Under the pieces are notes generated by a model, which saw nothing but the letters and a program-made list of their open reading frames with translations, was not told the origin of the DNA and did no database searches. Of a stretch of 64,000 nucleotides of DNA, positions 1-43,030 are shown piece after piece. Positions within the stretch are counted from its first letter, which is position 1. Every line of letters begins with the position of its first letter. The position numbers were made by a program, and so were the translations under genes. The stretch is taken from NCBI RefSeq assembly GCF_048593235.1, contig NC_133618.1, positions 406,676,562 through 406,740,561 of the forward strand. The letters run 5' to 3'. The stretch comes from Sminthopsis crassicaudata (taxonomy: Eukaryota).

Positions 1-138
1 TTTTATCTATTGCATTTGGGTAAAATGATGAAAGAAGGATTAAAAACATTATTTTTGGTCCTGATTCTTTTTTTTTATAATTATGTAATTAAATTTTCCA
101 TAATTCCGATGACGAGTTCTTTTTAAAACTATTTTCAG

Positions 139-29172
<29,034 letters not shown>

Positions 29173-29277
29173 GCCAGAATCTCTGGGAACTGCCAAATAC
29201 AAGCTCTAACCAGAGGTCTCTACGGCCCCCTGGGCAGCAACCGTCTAAGTGGGGACAGGGAGTTCCTACCTTCACAG

Positions 29278-29285
29278 AGCATTAA
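29278..29285 (+). promoter_or_regulatory. miR-155-5p 8mer seed match (AGCATTAA) in the ITK 3' UTR
   Basis: Exact complement of seed UAAUGCU plus the A1 anchor, 105 nt after the stop codon. Confidence 0.6.
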
Positions 29286-31640
29286 GGACAGCCTCCGTCC
29301 CAACCCTTTCTAAAGGCCCTGAGACCTGCATGAGCCAGGCTCCAGAGCTGCTAGGAAAGCTGTAATTTGAGAGTTGCCTAGAGAATAGAGGGAGCCAGAC
29401 TGAAATACAGAAAAGGTGGCAGAGGTCACAACTGTCCTGTCCTGAAGCCCACTACTCAACTAACTTCATGCACGGAGAATAAGACTCAATCCGGCAACTT
29501 TTTGTGGGGTATTTCTTGCACACCTTGACTATAAAATGGGGAAGGAGGAAGCTGTGTTCTAACCCCATGGCCTAAATGAACCTTTCATTAGACTCAATAA
29601 CTCCACACCCCAGAGTTTTCAAAGCCTTTCAGGCCCACATGCTTTGCAGCAGAACAAGCAAGCACTCCCCTACCCACCCCCACAAGGAAACAGGGAGCTG
29701 CATCAGCTGTGCCAGGTACATTGCCCACCACCGAGAACCACAGCTTCCTGCCCATGTGCAGAGGAGGTTGAAATGACTCCATGGCGTGGATAGGCTCAGC
29801 AGCAGCTGGCTGTAGTTGCAGCTAGCAATCCTGGCACATGTCTGCTCAGAGGAGATGGATGGAGCCCCCATCTCTTACTGAGCAGGAGAAAAAACTGTGT
29901 ATTTAAAAATGGGTCACCAGCACCTTTAATGGAGCTCTCTGCATTGCTTTGTTCTTAGCATCAGGAGTTGCCAAGTCACTATGTGAGTCTTGTGTTTCTG
30001 GAGGGATGCGGGAAGGCAAAATGGAAGGTTTACAATTAGGGGTAAGTTCCAAGATTCACAAGCATCGAGAAGGAACAAGGAGTCAGTGCATTCTCTCTCA
30101 AACGCAGGTGGGTGGCAATTGTTAGATGAGTGAGAAATCCCTCAGTCAGTTACCTAGGTAGGAGGCAAGAGCAAAAAGAGAAAACAAGTCTGCGAGGTTT
30201 TTGATCTCCTTAAGTCAGTCCCAGGTTGATTACCACGGGCAGCGATCCTGTAGACTAGAATGTAATTCCCATTCTTCTGCTCTGTATCTTTTACTTCTCA
30301 CTGTGATCATACTACAGTTTAGTTCAGCATGTGAACAAGGCAAAAAGCAATCATTTATTAAGTAAGCACCTGCTATGTGCCAGACCAGTACTGTGCTGGG
30401 TGCTTTACAAATATTATCTCATTTTATTTCTTGTGAGGTTGGTGCTTTTATTTTACAGCTGAGGAAACTGAGGTAAAGAGAAGTTAGATGACCTATCCAG
30501 GATCTTATAGCTAGACCTTGACGTCATATTTGAACTAACTCCAGGTCCAGTCTTCTAGCTGCTTAAACATACATTTATTAAGCATCTAGTGGATACAAGG
30601 ACTACAAAGACTATATCTGTCAAAAATCCTTATATTGTTCAGCTTTTTAGAAATGATTAGACTCTGATCATTTGGAAAATAATAGTGTTTGATACATTAG
30701 TGGCCCAACCCCCCAAAATTGCATGCCAAGCAACATTATTATAAGAATCCATTTACTGTATAAGTTGTGACATTGCTATTTCTAATTCTGTATTGAAGGA
30801 GAAAAATATAAAATACCAGGTTTTCATGTTGTTGGATTTTTATTAGTAGTGGTTGGTTTATTTTTAGGCAGACTTTGAAGAAAAGCTTCTGCAGTCTATT
30901 TTTTTTAACACCTTGTAGCCTAATACAAGATAAGTCAGTTTTCTATTTTATTCAGATAGTTATTTGAGAAATTACTGAATATGTCATAATATGTTCTTTT
31001 TAGACTATGGAATAATTTGCTAATCTGAGATTCAAATGTTTCAATACCTTTAAGGGGAGCAGATGATTTCANNNNNNNNNNNNNNNNNNNNNNNNNNNNN
31101 NNNNNNNNNNNNNNNNNNNNNNNNNNNNNNNNNNNNNNNNNNNNNNNNNNNNNNNNNNNNNNNNNNNNNNNNNNNNNNNNNNNNNNNNNNNNNNNNNNNN
31201 NNNNNNNNNNNNNNNNNNNNNNNNNGTGGGGCTAAAAGTCAGACTTTTCTTTGGAAATATTCTAGACCTCTGAAACTTTTAGCCTAGAATAGAAGCATCT
31301 GGACTGATTGATTCCAGTGGTCTTTTTGTTTTCTATAATATCCTCTGTTATGTTGTTTGCTTGTTTTCTTTTTCAAGCAATTTCATTGTGAATTTGACAG
31401 GATCTGTGGATATATTTCATTCTTCAGCTATCCAGTGCTTCAAATCCACTTTTTTCTGTTGGTTTTTTCTCTGAAAATGGTATCTTAATAATAGAGACTC
31501 ACATTTGGATCAGTTTTCAATTGTAGTCTTATTTTGCATTTATCTGCAATATTCCTTTGAGAGTATATATTTATATTTCAATGAATTATAGTATTTATGA
31601 GTTGACAACTGTATCTAGCAATGGAGATGAAGTAATATAC

Positions 31641-31819
31641 AATAAATGTTATAATTTTTCTTATTGCACAAAGCATAAAGTCAGTCATGTTCAATAAATG
31701 CAATTCTTCCCACTGTGTATGGTAAGATTTCAGTCCAAATATCGAATATAACACATTAACCAAAACTTTCATGCCTATAAAAAACTCTCACCTGGATCTA
31801 GCTTAATGAGATAAATAAA
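31641..31819 (+). terminator. Candidate ITK polyadenylation signals (three AATAAA hexamers)
   Basis: AATAAA at 31641-31646, 31693-31698 and 31814-31819; which one is used is unknown. Confidence 0.5.
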
Positions 31820-31849
31820 AACCTAAACTTTTACGTAGGGTCAAAACTG

Positions 31850-32810
31850 ACTAATTAACTGGACCCAAAGATTAGTAAATAAATTGAAACCAATAAAGAA
31901 GGATGTCTCCAGTGGAGTTTCTGAGATTTTTGTCCTTATCCCTGCCCTATTTAGTATTTTTAACAGAGATAAAGATGAAGGCATAGATCCCCAACCCAAT
32001 CAAATTGAAATATATAAAACTTAGAGGGATAGATAACATGTTGGATGCCAGAACAAGATAAAGTAGGGGTCTTGAAGATTGAAAGAAGGGACTGAAGCTA
32101 ATAAAATTTAATAAGGCCAAGGATAAAGTACAATACTTGGGTTCAAAAAATCAATTGCAAAGACATGGAATAGGAAAGATGTATCTAGAAAAACTGTAAA
32201 GAAGATTTGGTAGTTTTGTGGGCATACAAGCCCAATAGCAGATAGCAGTGTCTTATAGCAACCAACCAAATCTCAATAGATTAAAGAACTTTTAGGCCAT
32301 ATTAATAGAGGGATAGTATCCAGAAAGAGGGATTATAATAATTCTGCTGTCTTCTTCCTTGATTGGGTCACCCCTGGTTCTGGGCTCACCATTTTAGGAG
32401 GTGACAATCTTGAGCCTATACAGAAGAGGATGCTCATGGATGCTGAGGGAGCCTAAAGCCATGTAGTAATAAAGCCATGTAAAGCCTGTAAAAGAAAAAA
32501 TTTAAGGGGAAATTAATCTTCAAAAGTTTTCAAAGAATATGTTAAAGAGATTAAACTGGTCATCTTAACTTTAGAAGGTAATGTGTGCCCATTAAATGAC
32601 ATTAATTTCCAAAGTACATTTTATTTCCAGCATAATGAAAAAAATTCTTAACAATTAAAAATGAAATGGATTTCATCAGGGAGTCATAAGTTCTCCATCA
32701 CTTGAAGACTGTAAGTAGAAACTGAGTGTCCTCTTATGGGGAAACCATAGGCTTTTTGTTTTAAGTACAGGTTGGATGAGGTGCCTTCCGGAGTCCATTT
32801 CAACACTGGG
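31850..32810 (+). mobile_element. Ancient L3/CR1 LINE fragment (RT C-terminus and 3' end); smaller L3-like pieces at about 3370-3680, 5060-5260, 6830-7050, 17390-17660 and 52700-52990
   Basis: Degenerate CR1-type motifs (GTCTCCAGTGGAGT...GTCCTT.TCCCTGCCCTATTT; ATAGTATCCAGA...CTGGTTCTGGGCTCACC.TTTTAGGAG). Confidence 0.65.
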
Positions 32811-34467
32811 ATTCACCTTGTCAGAAAAGTTTTATTCAAAAGTTTCTGATCCTCATTATGCTCCTCCCCAAGCTATTGGTGCCATCCCCAAATCACCTGA
32901 GCTAAACCAAGTCAAGGGCAAGCAAAAGACCTTAAACCCTTGCGTGAGTTAGGAGCATGTGAAGGCTTCACTAGGGGCAGAATGGCCAAAGAGAACGATT
33001 TATTCCAATGATCATGAAGGTTGAAGCAAACACTGTTGAACCCTAGAGCTTAGTAAGACATTAAAGCTGCCAAGGTCATCCATTGCATCCTGGTCAAGAT
33101 TTTTTGTCTTGGCCTCTGGACTTGGATGATTCTGGAAGAGACAGTGAAGCTGAACAATCCTGTGAGACTCTGCCTCTCTTAAATCCAATTCATGTGCTGG
33201 TCAAGATATTGCCCTGTATTGTCAGTGATCTTCAAAAATGAAGGATGAACAACAACCACAATTTTGCAGAGGTTTTGAATATATCTGTATATGTATTTAT
33301 TGTTTTCTCCAGACAAATGGTAAACTCTTAAGTTCAGGGACTCCTTTTTACTTGTGTTTTTGTATACCCAGAATCATTCACAATGCCTGACACATAATAG
33401 GTGCTTAGCAAATGACCACCAATTATTGCTGTAATATTAACTTCTGAGTACTTAATGATCTAGAACAATATTGAGTCTAAAGAGCCAAGGTAAGTAGCCT
33501 ATAAGGCAATGAGCTATGAATGATTTTTCCTTTTAAAAAAAAAGTTTTATTATATTTTAAAATGTAAAAATATTCTTAACTTATTGGCCTGGATTTGACC
33601 TTTGGGCCACAGTTTGCAGACTGTGCCAGAGAGGGAAAGGGAAAGGTTTTCCATAAAGCTTTACAATTCAGCTGCTTAGAAGATGAGGGGAAAAGGACTT
33701 CAGAGACTCACATTGAAAGAAATAACTTGAGCCACTAATAAGTTACTACTCCATCGGAGACACTTAATTAACCAGAAGACCATTCTCTGTGGGTGAGAAA
33801 GCATCTGTTTTCCCCACATGCTGTAATAATAATAGCTAGCATACATGCAGATACTTTATCTCATTTGATCTTCATAACAACCTTGTGAAGTAGGAACTTC
33901 AGATATTATTATCCTTATTTTACAGATGAGGAAACTGAGTCTCAAAGATGTTAAGTGATTTTATTACACAACTAAAAACATTTAAGGCAGATTTTAACTT
34001 ACCTCCCTACTTTCTTCAAATCCTACAGTTGAAACTAGACCACACTGCTTCTCTAGTAATTCAGTCAATAAATACTTATTAAGCACTTACTATGTGCTAA
34101 CTTCTGGGAATAGATATAAAAAAAGGTAAAAAGAAAAGAAAACAAACAACAATAACAACAACAAAAAAAAAACCACTATCTGCTCTCAAGGAGCTCAATG
34201 ATAGGAAGAACAGCATGCAATTTGGAGATAATTAACAGAGAGAAGGGACAAGAATTAAATGGGATGAGGAAAGTAGGATTATATCTTGTAGTATCAGAGT
34301 GAGAAGTGGAGTGAGAAGGAAGAGAATTTCTGGCATAAGAATTCTGTGGAATTCTGTAGAAATACCTGGAATCTAGTATGATATTGTATCTACAATTTAC
34401 CTGGTCATATATTTCTCATCTGGATTCTTGATGAATGATCTGGGAGAAATCTTGGTGTGGAGCAAAA

Positions 34468-34507
34468 TAATAATAATCATAATCATAATCATAATCATAA
34501 TCATAAT
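34468..34507. repeat. (AAT)n/(AATCAT)n tandem repeat
   Basis: Direct reading. Confidence 0.9.
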
Positions 34508-35334
34508 CTTAAGTGGCTTTAATATAATGCTTTAAAGTTTGCAACCTTTTGCAAATTTGATCTCATTTAATTCTCACAACAACCCTGGAATTTAAGTACT
34601 ATTATTATCCCCATTTTATAGATAAGGAAATTTAGGTAGACAAGTCAAATGATTGAAGTTGCATTCACACTTCGATCTTCTGTACTCCAGGCTGCACACT
34701 CTACCCAATGAGCCACTGAGCTTTTTCTTATTTTTTATTCTGTATTTTATATAGCTGTTCCAGAATGAATGGACATCTAGCCGTATAAAAATAGGGCCCT
34801 GGAAGGAGGAAGCATCTCAGATCATGAAGAAGATCTGAAGTCCATGGACCCTTTAATAAAGTTCCATTGGCTCAGAGCTCTGCCCCAATCTCTCTTATTG
34901 TAGATGGGATAATTTTAATCCCCACAAAAGGACTTCAAGGTCATCTAGTCCAACCTAGAGCTGAACAAGAATTCCCTCCACAACATTCTCAATAAGTGAA
35001 TCAATCAATCAACAAACATTCATTAAGTACTCACTGTGTTCCAGGAACAGTGCTAAACACCAGGATTACCAAGAAAGGCAGAAATAGGCTGTGGTCAAAC
35101 ACTGCTTGAAGACAGCTAATGAAGGGGAACCTGAGCCTCCTGAGGTTGCTTATTTCACTTTTGTACAGCTTGGATTTCAGTATTTCCTGCAATCAAACCT
35201 CAATCTGCCTCTTTGCAATCTCTCCTCAAAGTTCTTAGTTTTATTCTTTGGAGCTAAACAGAGCAAGGGTAATAATCCCTCTTCCATATGCTAGTTCTTC
35301 AAAGACTGGAGCACAGCTGTCATGTCCTCTTAAA

Positions 35335-35510
35335 TCAGACCTTCTTAACCTGATGGAAACTTTAAAAATAAAGATAACGATTTTAACATAATTGGTTTTC
35401 TTTGCAATCCTATGTATTTTATTTTATGAAATTAAAAACATCATTCTGAGAAAGGGTCCATAAGCTTGTTTGGGTCTGAGACACAAAGAAGTTTGGAAGC
35501 ATTGCTTAAG
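35335..35510. mobile_element. hAT-type MITE (MER103-like; name tentative); related copies at about 7060-7245 and, in opposite orientation, 7890-8050
   Basis: The three copies share AATTGGTTT.CTTTG.AATCCTATGTATTTTATTTTATG...CATTCTGAGAAGGG. Confidence 0.6.
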
Positions 35511-36149
35511 TCTTTTTTCCATCCTTCAGCTGATTATCACTCTCATTCTCCTTCACTGGATGTTACCGCTAAATCAGGGGCTGTCTCAAAATGTGGTTCC
35601 AAATGCTGAACACCATAGGCCAGCTGTGAACTACAAAAGGCAGAATACATTAGCCTTGGGACAACCTCCCAAGATCAAGACACCATACCTTTGTACCAAA
35701 GGCAAAGACTGACATTTGGTTTTAGCCTACAGTGGCTCTCTGCTAGAGGGCCGCAGACAAACTGGCTGAGACTCCTGATATTGAAACATACATACCACAG
35801 AGGAAGAACATACAATAAATCCATTTATACATGTCCTCAATGAACTTTGAGGCCCTAGGGCTTCTTTAGAGGGCTCTCTATGTTAATATAGCACAGGGCG
35901 ATGAGTAACAACCATAATCCCATCAAGAAAAAAAAATCAGTGAAAAAACATGAGCAGGAAGCAGTCTGGTCAGAACCACAGAATTTGAGTCTGAAAGTTC
36001 CAAAATCCTGGTCTTTTTCTATTCACCAAGCTGCCTTTTAAACTTTAAAATTGAGGTGAACAGGGAACACATAGTATGAGGCAGCTAGGCAGCACTGCAG
36101 TGCCTCAGACACTTAGTAGCTGTATGACCCTGAGCAACATACTTTACTC

Positions 36150-36967
36150 TGTTACATTATCAAAGACTGTTCTAAATATATTCTAAGATCTATTGTTTAA
36201 TTATTCTATCATTTTGTAAAATGCTAGTATAAGCACCAACGGGGAGCCCCCAATGGGCCTGTAATGAGGTTTTGCTGTGCAAATGACCCAAGACAGGGGC
36301 ACCATGTCGAGGGTGACAAAGATCTGATGCTTCTGGTTGAGGGCATCACATGTTACCTTACCACAAGGTGAAGAGAGATTTCTTTCCATTGACTGGGTAG
36401 TTGGAAAAGGTCGAGCCTATAAAACTACCAGACTTAGAATAGTCTCTCTCTGTCTCTCTCTCTTAATGTGCATGGGGTTGAAGGTCTTGTTCCTCCTAAA
36501 CAGGGTCACTATGGATTGAACATCCTTCTCCTTTTTAGTTCTGCTGGCCCTAAGAATTAGATTTGGGGCTTTGCTGTAGGATCCAGAGATGGAATCTAAT
36601 GATAACATTAGAGCCTGAATTCCAGGATAGATGTTGTTGCCAACGCAGCAGGAAAGACCTAAAAAGTTAGGATGCTGGGACCCAAGCCCAGGGAGACTTT
36701 GGACTTGGAACTTGGTAAGACAAATTCTATATAGAAATTGTGTTAAACTGTGAACCTAATCCCTTTCCTCTCCTCAGAGCCTGAAGTGGTATAAAGATGG
36801 ATTATGCCTCCATCTTTGTTTAGAGTCAGGAAATGTTTGGTTGTTTGTTCTTGCTATGCCTTTGAAATAAATATTTTTTTTCTAAAATCTATTATGTGAT
36901 GTAGTTAAATAGAACTGGGTTACATGGGACTCCTAAAACTGAGGGAACATTGTTGGTGGGGATAACA
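36150..36967 (+). mobile_element. LTR-like element (possible solo LTR); boundaries uncertain
   Basis: TATAAAA at 36418-36424, AATAAA at 36866-36871, candidate TG...CA ends (GTTACA at 36919 or ATAACA at 36962); no TSD found. Confidence 0.4.
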
Positions 36968-38844
36968 ATGGCAGAAATCAGTCACCCTCCCCCAAGTCTC
37001 TTCATATTGCTGGAGAACCCTAAGGGAGAAATGAAATGTATCATGCCTGGGCTTTTGGCAATAGGGACCGGGGTTGTCACTCATACACACCTTCCTTATA
37101 TTCTTGACCAAAAAAAAATCAAGATTTAAGGCTTTTAATGGATACAAAACACCTTGGTTTCAGTCCTAATGGGCAGTTAGATGGTGTAGTAGATAGAGCA
37201 CCAGGCCTAGAGGACCTAAACTCAAATTGATCTCAGATTCTTCCTAGCTCTATGACTCTGGGCAAGTCACTTAACCCTATTTGCCTCAGTTTTCTCGTCT
37301 GTCAAATGAACTGAAGAAGGAAATGGCAAACCACTACAGTATTTTTGCAAAGAAAATCTCAAATGGGGAAAACAACCAAATAATTTCAACCCTAATGGTG
37401 AACAACTTATGTCTCTAACAAAGGCTAAAAGTTAAGCCTTTTTCACTGTGTGAAATAACCAAACACTTCTTTTTAGTGGCAATGGAGGTAGCTAAAGGAC
37501 AGAAGGCAGGTCACTGAGGTTAATTTATATAGCCAAGATGACACAGTCCATAACCACATTCAAATGTAGGAATGCTCCATAGAATCTCAGAATTTCAGAG
37601 TTGGGAGAATTTCTGTGACCATCTGTTCCAACCTATATTTCAGAAAAATATCCCCTATTGATTAACATATATAAAATATGCATTCCATTCTTGCCTTCAT
37701 TTTCCCCAGATTTGTATTTACTTAGTTTATTTTACATTGAAGGCAGCTGTGATCTGGCCCGTAATCATTTTGTATAGTATAGTCAACAAAGCATTGGACA
37801 TTGAGTCAAAAAAGCCCGGATCCTAATCCTATTCTAGAATCTCTGTCTTTTAACCATACCAAATATAAATTCAGTAGATCTATAACTAAGACAAAGCAGT
37901 GGAGATTTTAATGCACCAAAATTTACAGGACACACAAACTTACAAAGATTGTTCAATTTTCAAAGTTATTCTTACATTTAGACAGCCTTGTTCTGTTTAT
38001 CTATATTGAAGTAACTAACATTAGCACCTGTTTCGAAAGAACAATTAATCAATTTAGGAAACTGCCAGGTTGTTTTCCCTAAACTGGTAAAGTCCAGGTG
38101 ACCTTCACCCCAGAATATTCTGTGCTCCTTTCTCCCATCCAAGCAACAGTATCTTCATGGTTTCTTAGGTTCTCCCTCCCAATGCTGGGCAGCGTGCCAG
38201 GACCTATTCTTTTTTTGCCCTGGAGGATTATCTTGAAGCTTTGTTTCATCTTAGAAGTAGGGGAACCAATGTCCTAGTATCTCTCTCCATAGAAGTCAGG
38301 ATCCCAGGGTTTCTTCCTAAATTGGAATCCTAAAATCTCATCTCCTGCTCAATTTAATCATTCTTGATTTTTCTTGTATTTTCACTTTGGGAATTACAAA
38401 ACTATTTTGAAGGCATGTTATTTTACTGCTTGCCCTGGGCACCAAAATTACCAGTTGTAATTCAGCAGAGAGCTGAATAGCTCTCATATCATTTGAATGG
38501 GAAAAGAATCACTGGCAGCAGATCATATGTCTATGAATTTACAGGCAAAGGGGAATCCTAATTTAATTAAACAAATATTTGTTAAGTTCATCTAAGCATT
38601 GGAGGTACAAAAACAAATATGAAACAATCTCTGTCCTCAAGAGGCTTACTTTTTATGGGAGTGGAATTGGAGAGATGGGGATATATAAATAGTACACACA
38701 AATAAATATAAAACAAAGAAACCTGAGAGGAAGAGATCTCTAACAACTGGGAGAGGGACTGAAAAGATTTCATAGAAAATGTGTTAGTTAAATATGAATC
38801 TCAATTACTTCTTTCAGAAGTTTGGAATTTGAACTGAGACTTGA

Positions 38845-39035
38845 AAGGAGGAAAGAAAGAAGGGAGGAATGAAAGAAGGGAAGAAGGGAGAGAGGTAGAA
38901 AAAGAGAAAAAGAAGAAGAAAGGAGAAAGGAAGGAATGTAGGAAAGGAAGGAAAAAGGAAAGAAGGCTGAGAAAGAGGGAGGGAGGAAGAATGGGAGGGA
39001 AGAAAGGAGGGAGGGAAGGAGGAAGGGAGAAAGAG
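38845..39035. repeat. Purine-rich (GGAA/GAAA) low-complexity tract; a similar tract lies at about 2875-3000
   Basis: Direct reading. Confidence 0.9.
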
Positions 39036-42000
39036 TTGTTTCAATAATACCTAAGAGATCAGTGCCAAATGATCACAGTTTTTGAAGGGGTGAGAAAGAC
39101 AGAAGTGTAGGAAGGGTCCAAGTCAAGAAAGGCTTAAAAAAAAAAAGAAACAGAAAGAAAAATTGATGTTTCAGTCTGAAGGCAATAGGGAACTCTACAA
39201 GTTGTTTGTTTTTTGTTTGTTTTGTTTTAATAGCAGAGTGACATGTTTAGAGCTAAGCTTTAGAAAGTTCAGTTTGACAGTTTTGTGGAAGCAAATGCTA
39301 AATTTCAGTTAGAGATTAGTATGATAAATAAATCCCCCTTCTCTCCCCATCCAAGTTCACAGATCTCCTGGATCCTAGCTTAAGAATCCCTGATCTGACT
39401 TCTTCATCTTACAATTAAAGAAACTGAGGCACAAAAAGGCACAATAAAGGTGTGGATTAGTGGCAAATGTGGAACTAAAACTCAAGTCCACAGCTCTTGT
39501 TCCATGATACCATAGACATTTTATTATGAATTACTATCTTTCCAAGGAGGTGACATATCACTGAAGATATATAGCCTGGAAGGCAGTAAAACATAGATTA
39601 AGTCCCATCTCTAACACACATTGACTCTCTCTTTTACCATGGGCAAGTCACTTAACCCTTAGTGCTCTCTGGCAACTCTCTAGGGTTACACAATCTTTAT
39701 TTTCTCTTGAGAAAATAACAACAAACTAATAAGGTACCAGCTTCCATTGATAGAGGGAGTTTCCTCACCTAGAACTTCTCCACACAAATGAAATCACAGG
39801 TCCATTCCCTAAGCTTATCTTAATTATATCTGCAAAACCTCAAGAATAGATTGCAAGAGTCAAGGAACCATTTGTAATTAAGATCTCATGCATATGCAGC
39901 TAGGTTTTTTTTAAAATCTATTATCAAGACACTGAATCAATATTTTAACAGAGGAATGTATGATTCCTGGAAAATAAAAATCATTCTCAAGGGGAAGGTA
40001 ACATTTAGCTTACCATTGCTAACTTAGCTCATTTCTATCAATGATAACATTAGTTATATAAAAGCTATCGCAAAAAGCAAGTAAAGTCTCTTTGTCAAAA
40101 TAAAAAGCAAACAGATGTTGGGGAGATACACAAATTAGAGCAGACAAAAGTCTACATGAGAGTAGATGAGCTCTTTGGGAGTTAAGATCTTAGCTTTGGA
40201 GGAAAGAGAATGATCTCACGGGGAAGTCTCTCAGAAGTCTTAGCAGTTTCAGATACTGATAATCAAGAGACATGCTAGATGCTAACTTTTCCACATATCT
40301 GTGGCTGGGCAGGAGTGATCAGAGAATTTCCAACCTACCATTCAAAATTTCTTACTTGTTTTTCTCAATCACCTGTCTCAAACTCTCCCTGAACCGTCTG
40401 TAGTATTATCCTGAAGGGCTTCTGAGCCAATCAGAAGTCAAATTTCACTCCACTCAGGAAAACTGGGCCAGACTTAAGACAAATAATGGTTACATTTATA
40501 CAATATTTTGAGGTTTACAATATGCATAGCTGTCAGGGAGGATAGCATAATAACACTATAATTATAATTATTTCCATTTGGACAAGGAAGGGGAGGGAGA
40601 GAGTCCAAATTTGTAATTTCTGTTTAGGGTGTTCCAATTAGGAAATTACCTCAACAAAAGCAGATTTGAATTTTTTAAGCAACTTAGTTCTCTGGGACTT
40701 GGAAAGTTAAATGACTTATTCAGGGTCATACAACAAGAGTATGTATCTAAGGCAAGTCCTTGAGTTCAGATTGTTCTGATTATGAAGACAGCTCTCTATG
40801 CTATATCCTATGCTGTGTCTCATCACTGTTTTACAGATGAGATTATTTTGGCTTAAATAAATGGAGATTTATATATAACTACATAGCTAGGTCACTGAAG
40901 AAACAGAATTCAAACTCGGGTCTTTAGTCTGGGTTTCCATTATACTACACATACTATAACAATAATAAATTCAGGTTTTTAGGGTTATCATTTTTGAATA
41001 CTTTTAGAAACAGCTTCTGAAAATCCCAATGTTGTTATTTGGAAAAAGTAAGTTTGAAGGTTGAAAAAAGAGAGAGGAAAAGGAAAGGCCAAAAAATAAA
41101 AATCCTTGATTTCTTATTCAAAGCCATCCTCCACAACCACCTCCACATCTTTCTCACATTGCATTTTTAAAAAATCTTTCTGAAATAGCGTTTAAAATTG
41201 GAATCCTAGAAACAGCAATACATCATCCAACCTAAAGGATTGCACATTCTAGGTGTGTGATGATAATGGAAATTCTTTGAGGGCCAGGATTTCTGTAAGT
41301 CCTTTCTGGGTCTAGCCAGCCTATAAATATTACTGTATCAAAAAATGACCTTGTGGATAGCCCTGAATTCTGGGGCAGAACTTGCATAAATGTCTTCCTC
41401 TACAAAATTAATAATATTTTATATTGGAGCAGTACTACAGTTTTGGAACAGTTTTTCAATGTTTCAATGCTTTCCTGCCTTACAGAAAAGGTAGGTATTA
41501 TTCAATTCAGCAAGCATTTATAAAGCTCCTATGTTATCTCAGGCACTGTGCTAAATCATGGGAACACAAAAAACAGAGACAAAAATAATTCCTGCCTTCG
41601 AGTAGATTACATTCTACTAGGGGAGGGAGGTATACAACATGTACATGGATAACTAACTACAAGATACATACAAAGAAATTTCAGGAGGAAGAGAAAGAGA
41701 GCACTAACACTTCAGGGGAGTATAGAAGTACTTCCCCCTAAGAGGTAATATCTGAGCTGGTGCTTTGAAGAAAGCCAGGGAATCTGTAAGAAGAAAGGGG
41801 AAAGAATCCTATTCTCCTTTTATAGTTTAGAAAACTAAGCCTCAGAAGTTTTAAAAGACTTGCCAGTATTACATAACTAATTAGTGGCAACTCAAGACTA
41901 AAGAGCAGGTATTTTCACTTCTAGTCCTAAATCCAATCCAGCACACACCAAAGTCATTGAAAAGATTACTAATGGAAAGATTTACCCTTCTAAAAGCCTC

Positions 42001-42371
42001 ATCTGGAATTGTGGTTCAACATAATGCAATGGGAAAAGATCGGTATCTAAATTCAAAGGACCCCATTACTTTTGCTATTCACTTTTTGCGTGATCAAAAG
42101 CAAATCTATTAAGCTCTTTGGCTTTGAGGTTCCTAAATTTTAAAAGTAGGGTCTTGGACTAGATAGTCTTTAAAGTCCCTTTCAGCTGTAAAATATGATC
42201 TTCACTTACATTGATGTTCTTACATAGATACCATGACATATTGGTTTTTACAATACATGAAAAATAGCTAGATTCTCCAACTTCATTTTCCATAATTCAG
42301 AATTATAGAAGTAGAAATTACTTTATAGGACTAGATGATCACCATGCACCTTCCCAGCTATTAAACTACAT

Positions 42372-43030
42372 CAACTTTTTTTTAAACTGATATTTTATAT
42401 TTTCCCCAGTTATGTTTCAAGGAAATTTTTGGCATTCATTTTTACAAGATTTTAAGTTTCAAATTTTTTTCTCCCCTCCCGCTCTTTTTTCCTTTCTCTG
42501 TTCCAAAGATGATAAGCACTTCCATCTAGTTTATATATGTGCTATCATGCAAAATACATATTTGTATTAGTCACAGTTGTGAAGAAAGAAACAGATCAAA
42601 AGAAGAAAAAAACATGAAAAAGATTAAAGTAAAAAAATTATGCTTCTATCTGCATTCTAATCCATCAGTTCTTTATCTAATTATTGATAGTTTCTTCCTT
42701 TGTGAGTCTTTTGTACTTGTTTTGGATCACTGTGTTCTGAGAAGAGTGGGTCGATCATAGTTGATCATCATATAATGTTGCTGATACAGTGTACACAGTT
42801 TTCCTGATTCCATTCAATTTCATTCTGCCTCAGTTCATACAAGTCCTTCCAAGTTTTTCTGAAATCTGTCTGTTCATCATTTCTTATTGCATAATAGTAT
42901 TCCATTGCATTCATATACCACAGCTTGAATGACATATTCTCCAACTGATGGACATCCTCTCAATTTCCAATATTTTGCCACACAAAAAGGGCTACTACAA
43001 ATATTTTTGCACTTTTAGATTCTTTTCCCT
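42372..43030 (-). mobile_element. Older LINE-1 3' end fragment
   Basis: T-tail at the left end, then L1 3' UTR and ORF2-end motifs homologous to 2100-2280. Confidence 0.85.

Larger units (their letters stand above)
29173..31830 (+). other. ITK: ITK 3' UTR (end approximate; includes an N-gap at 31072-31225)
   Basis: Mostly unique sequence after the stop codon, ending in an AT-rich block with AATAAA at 31641, 31693 and 31814, just before an L3 fragment. Confidence 0.6.
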
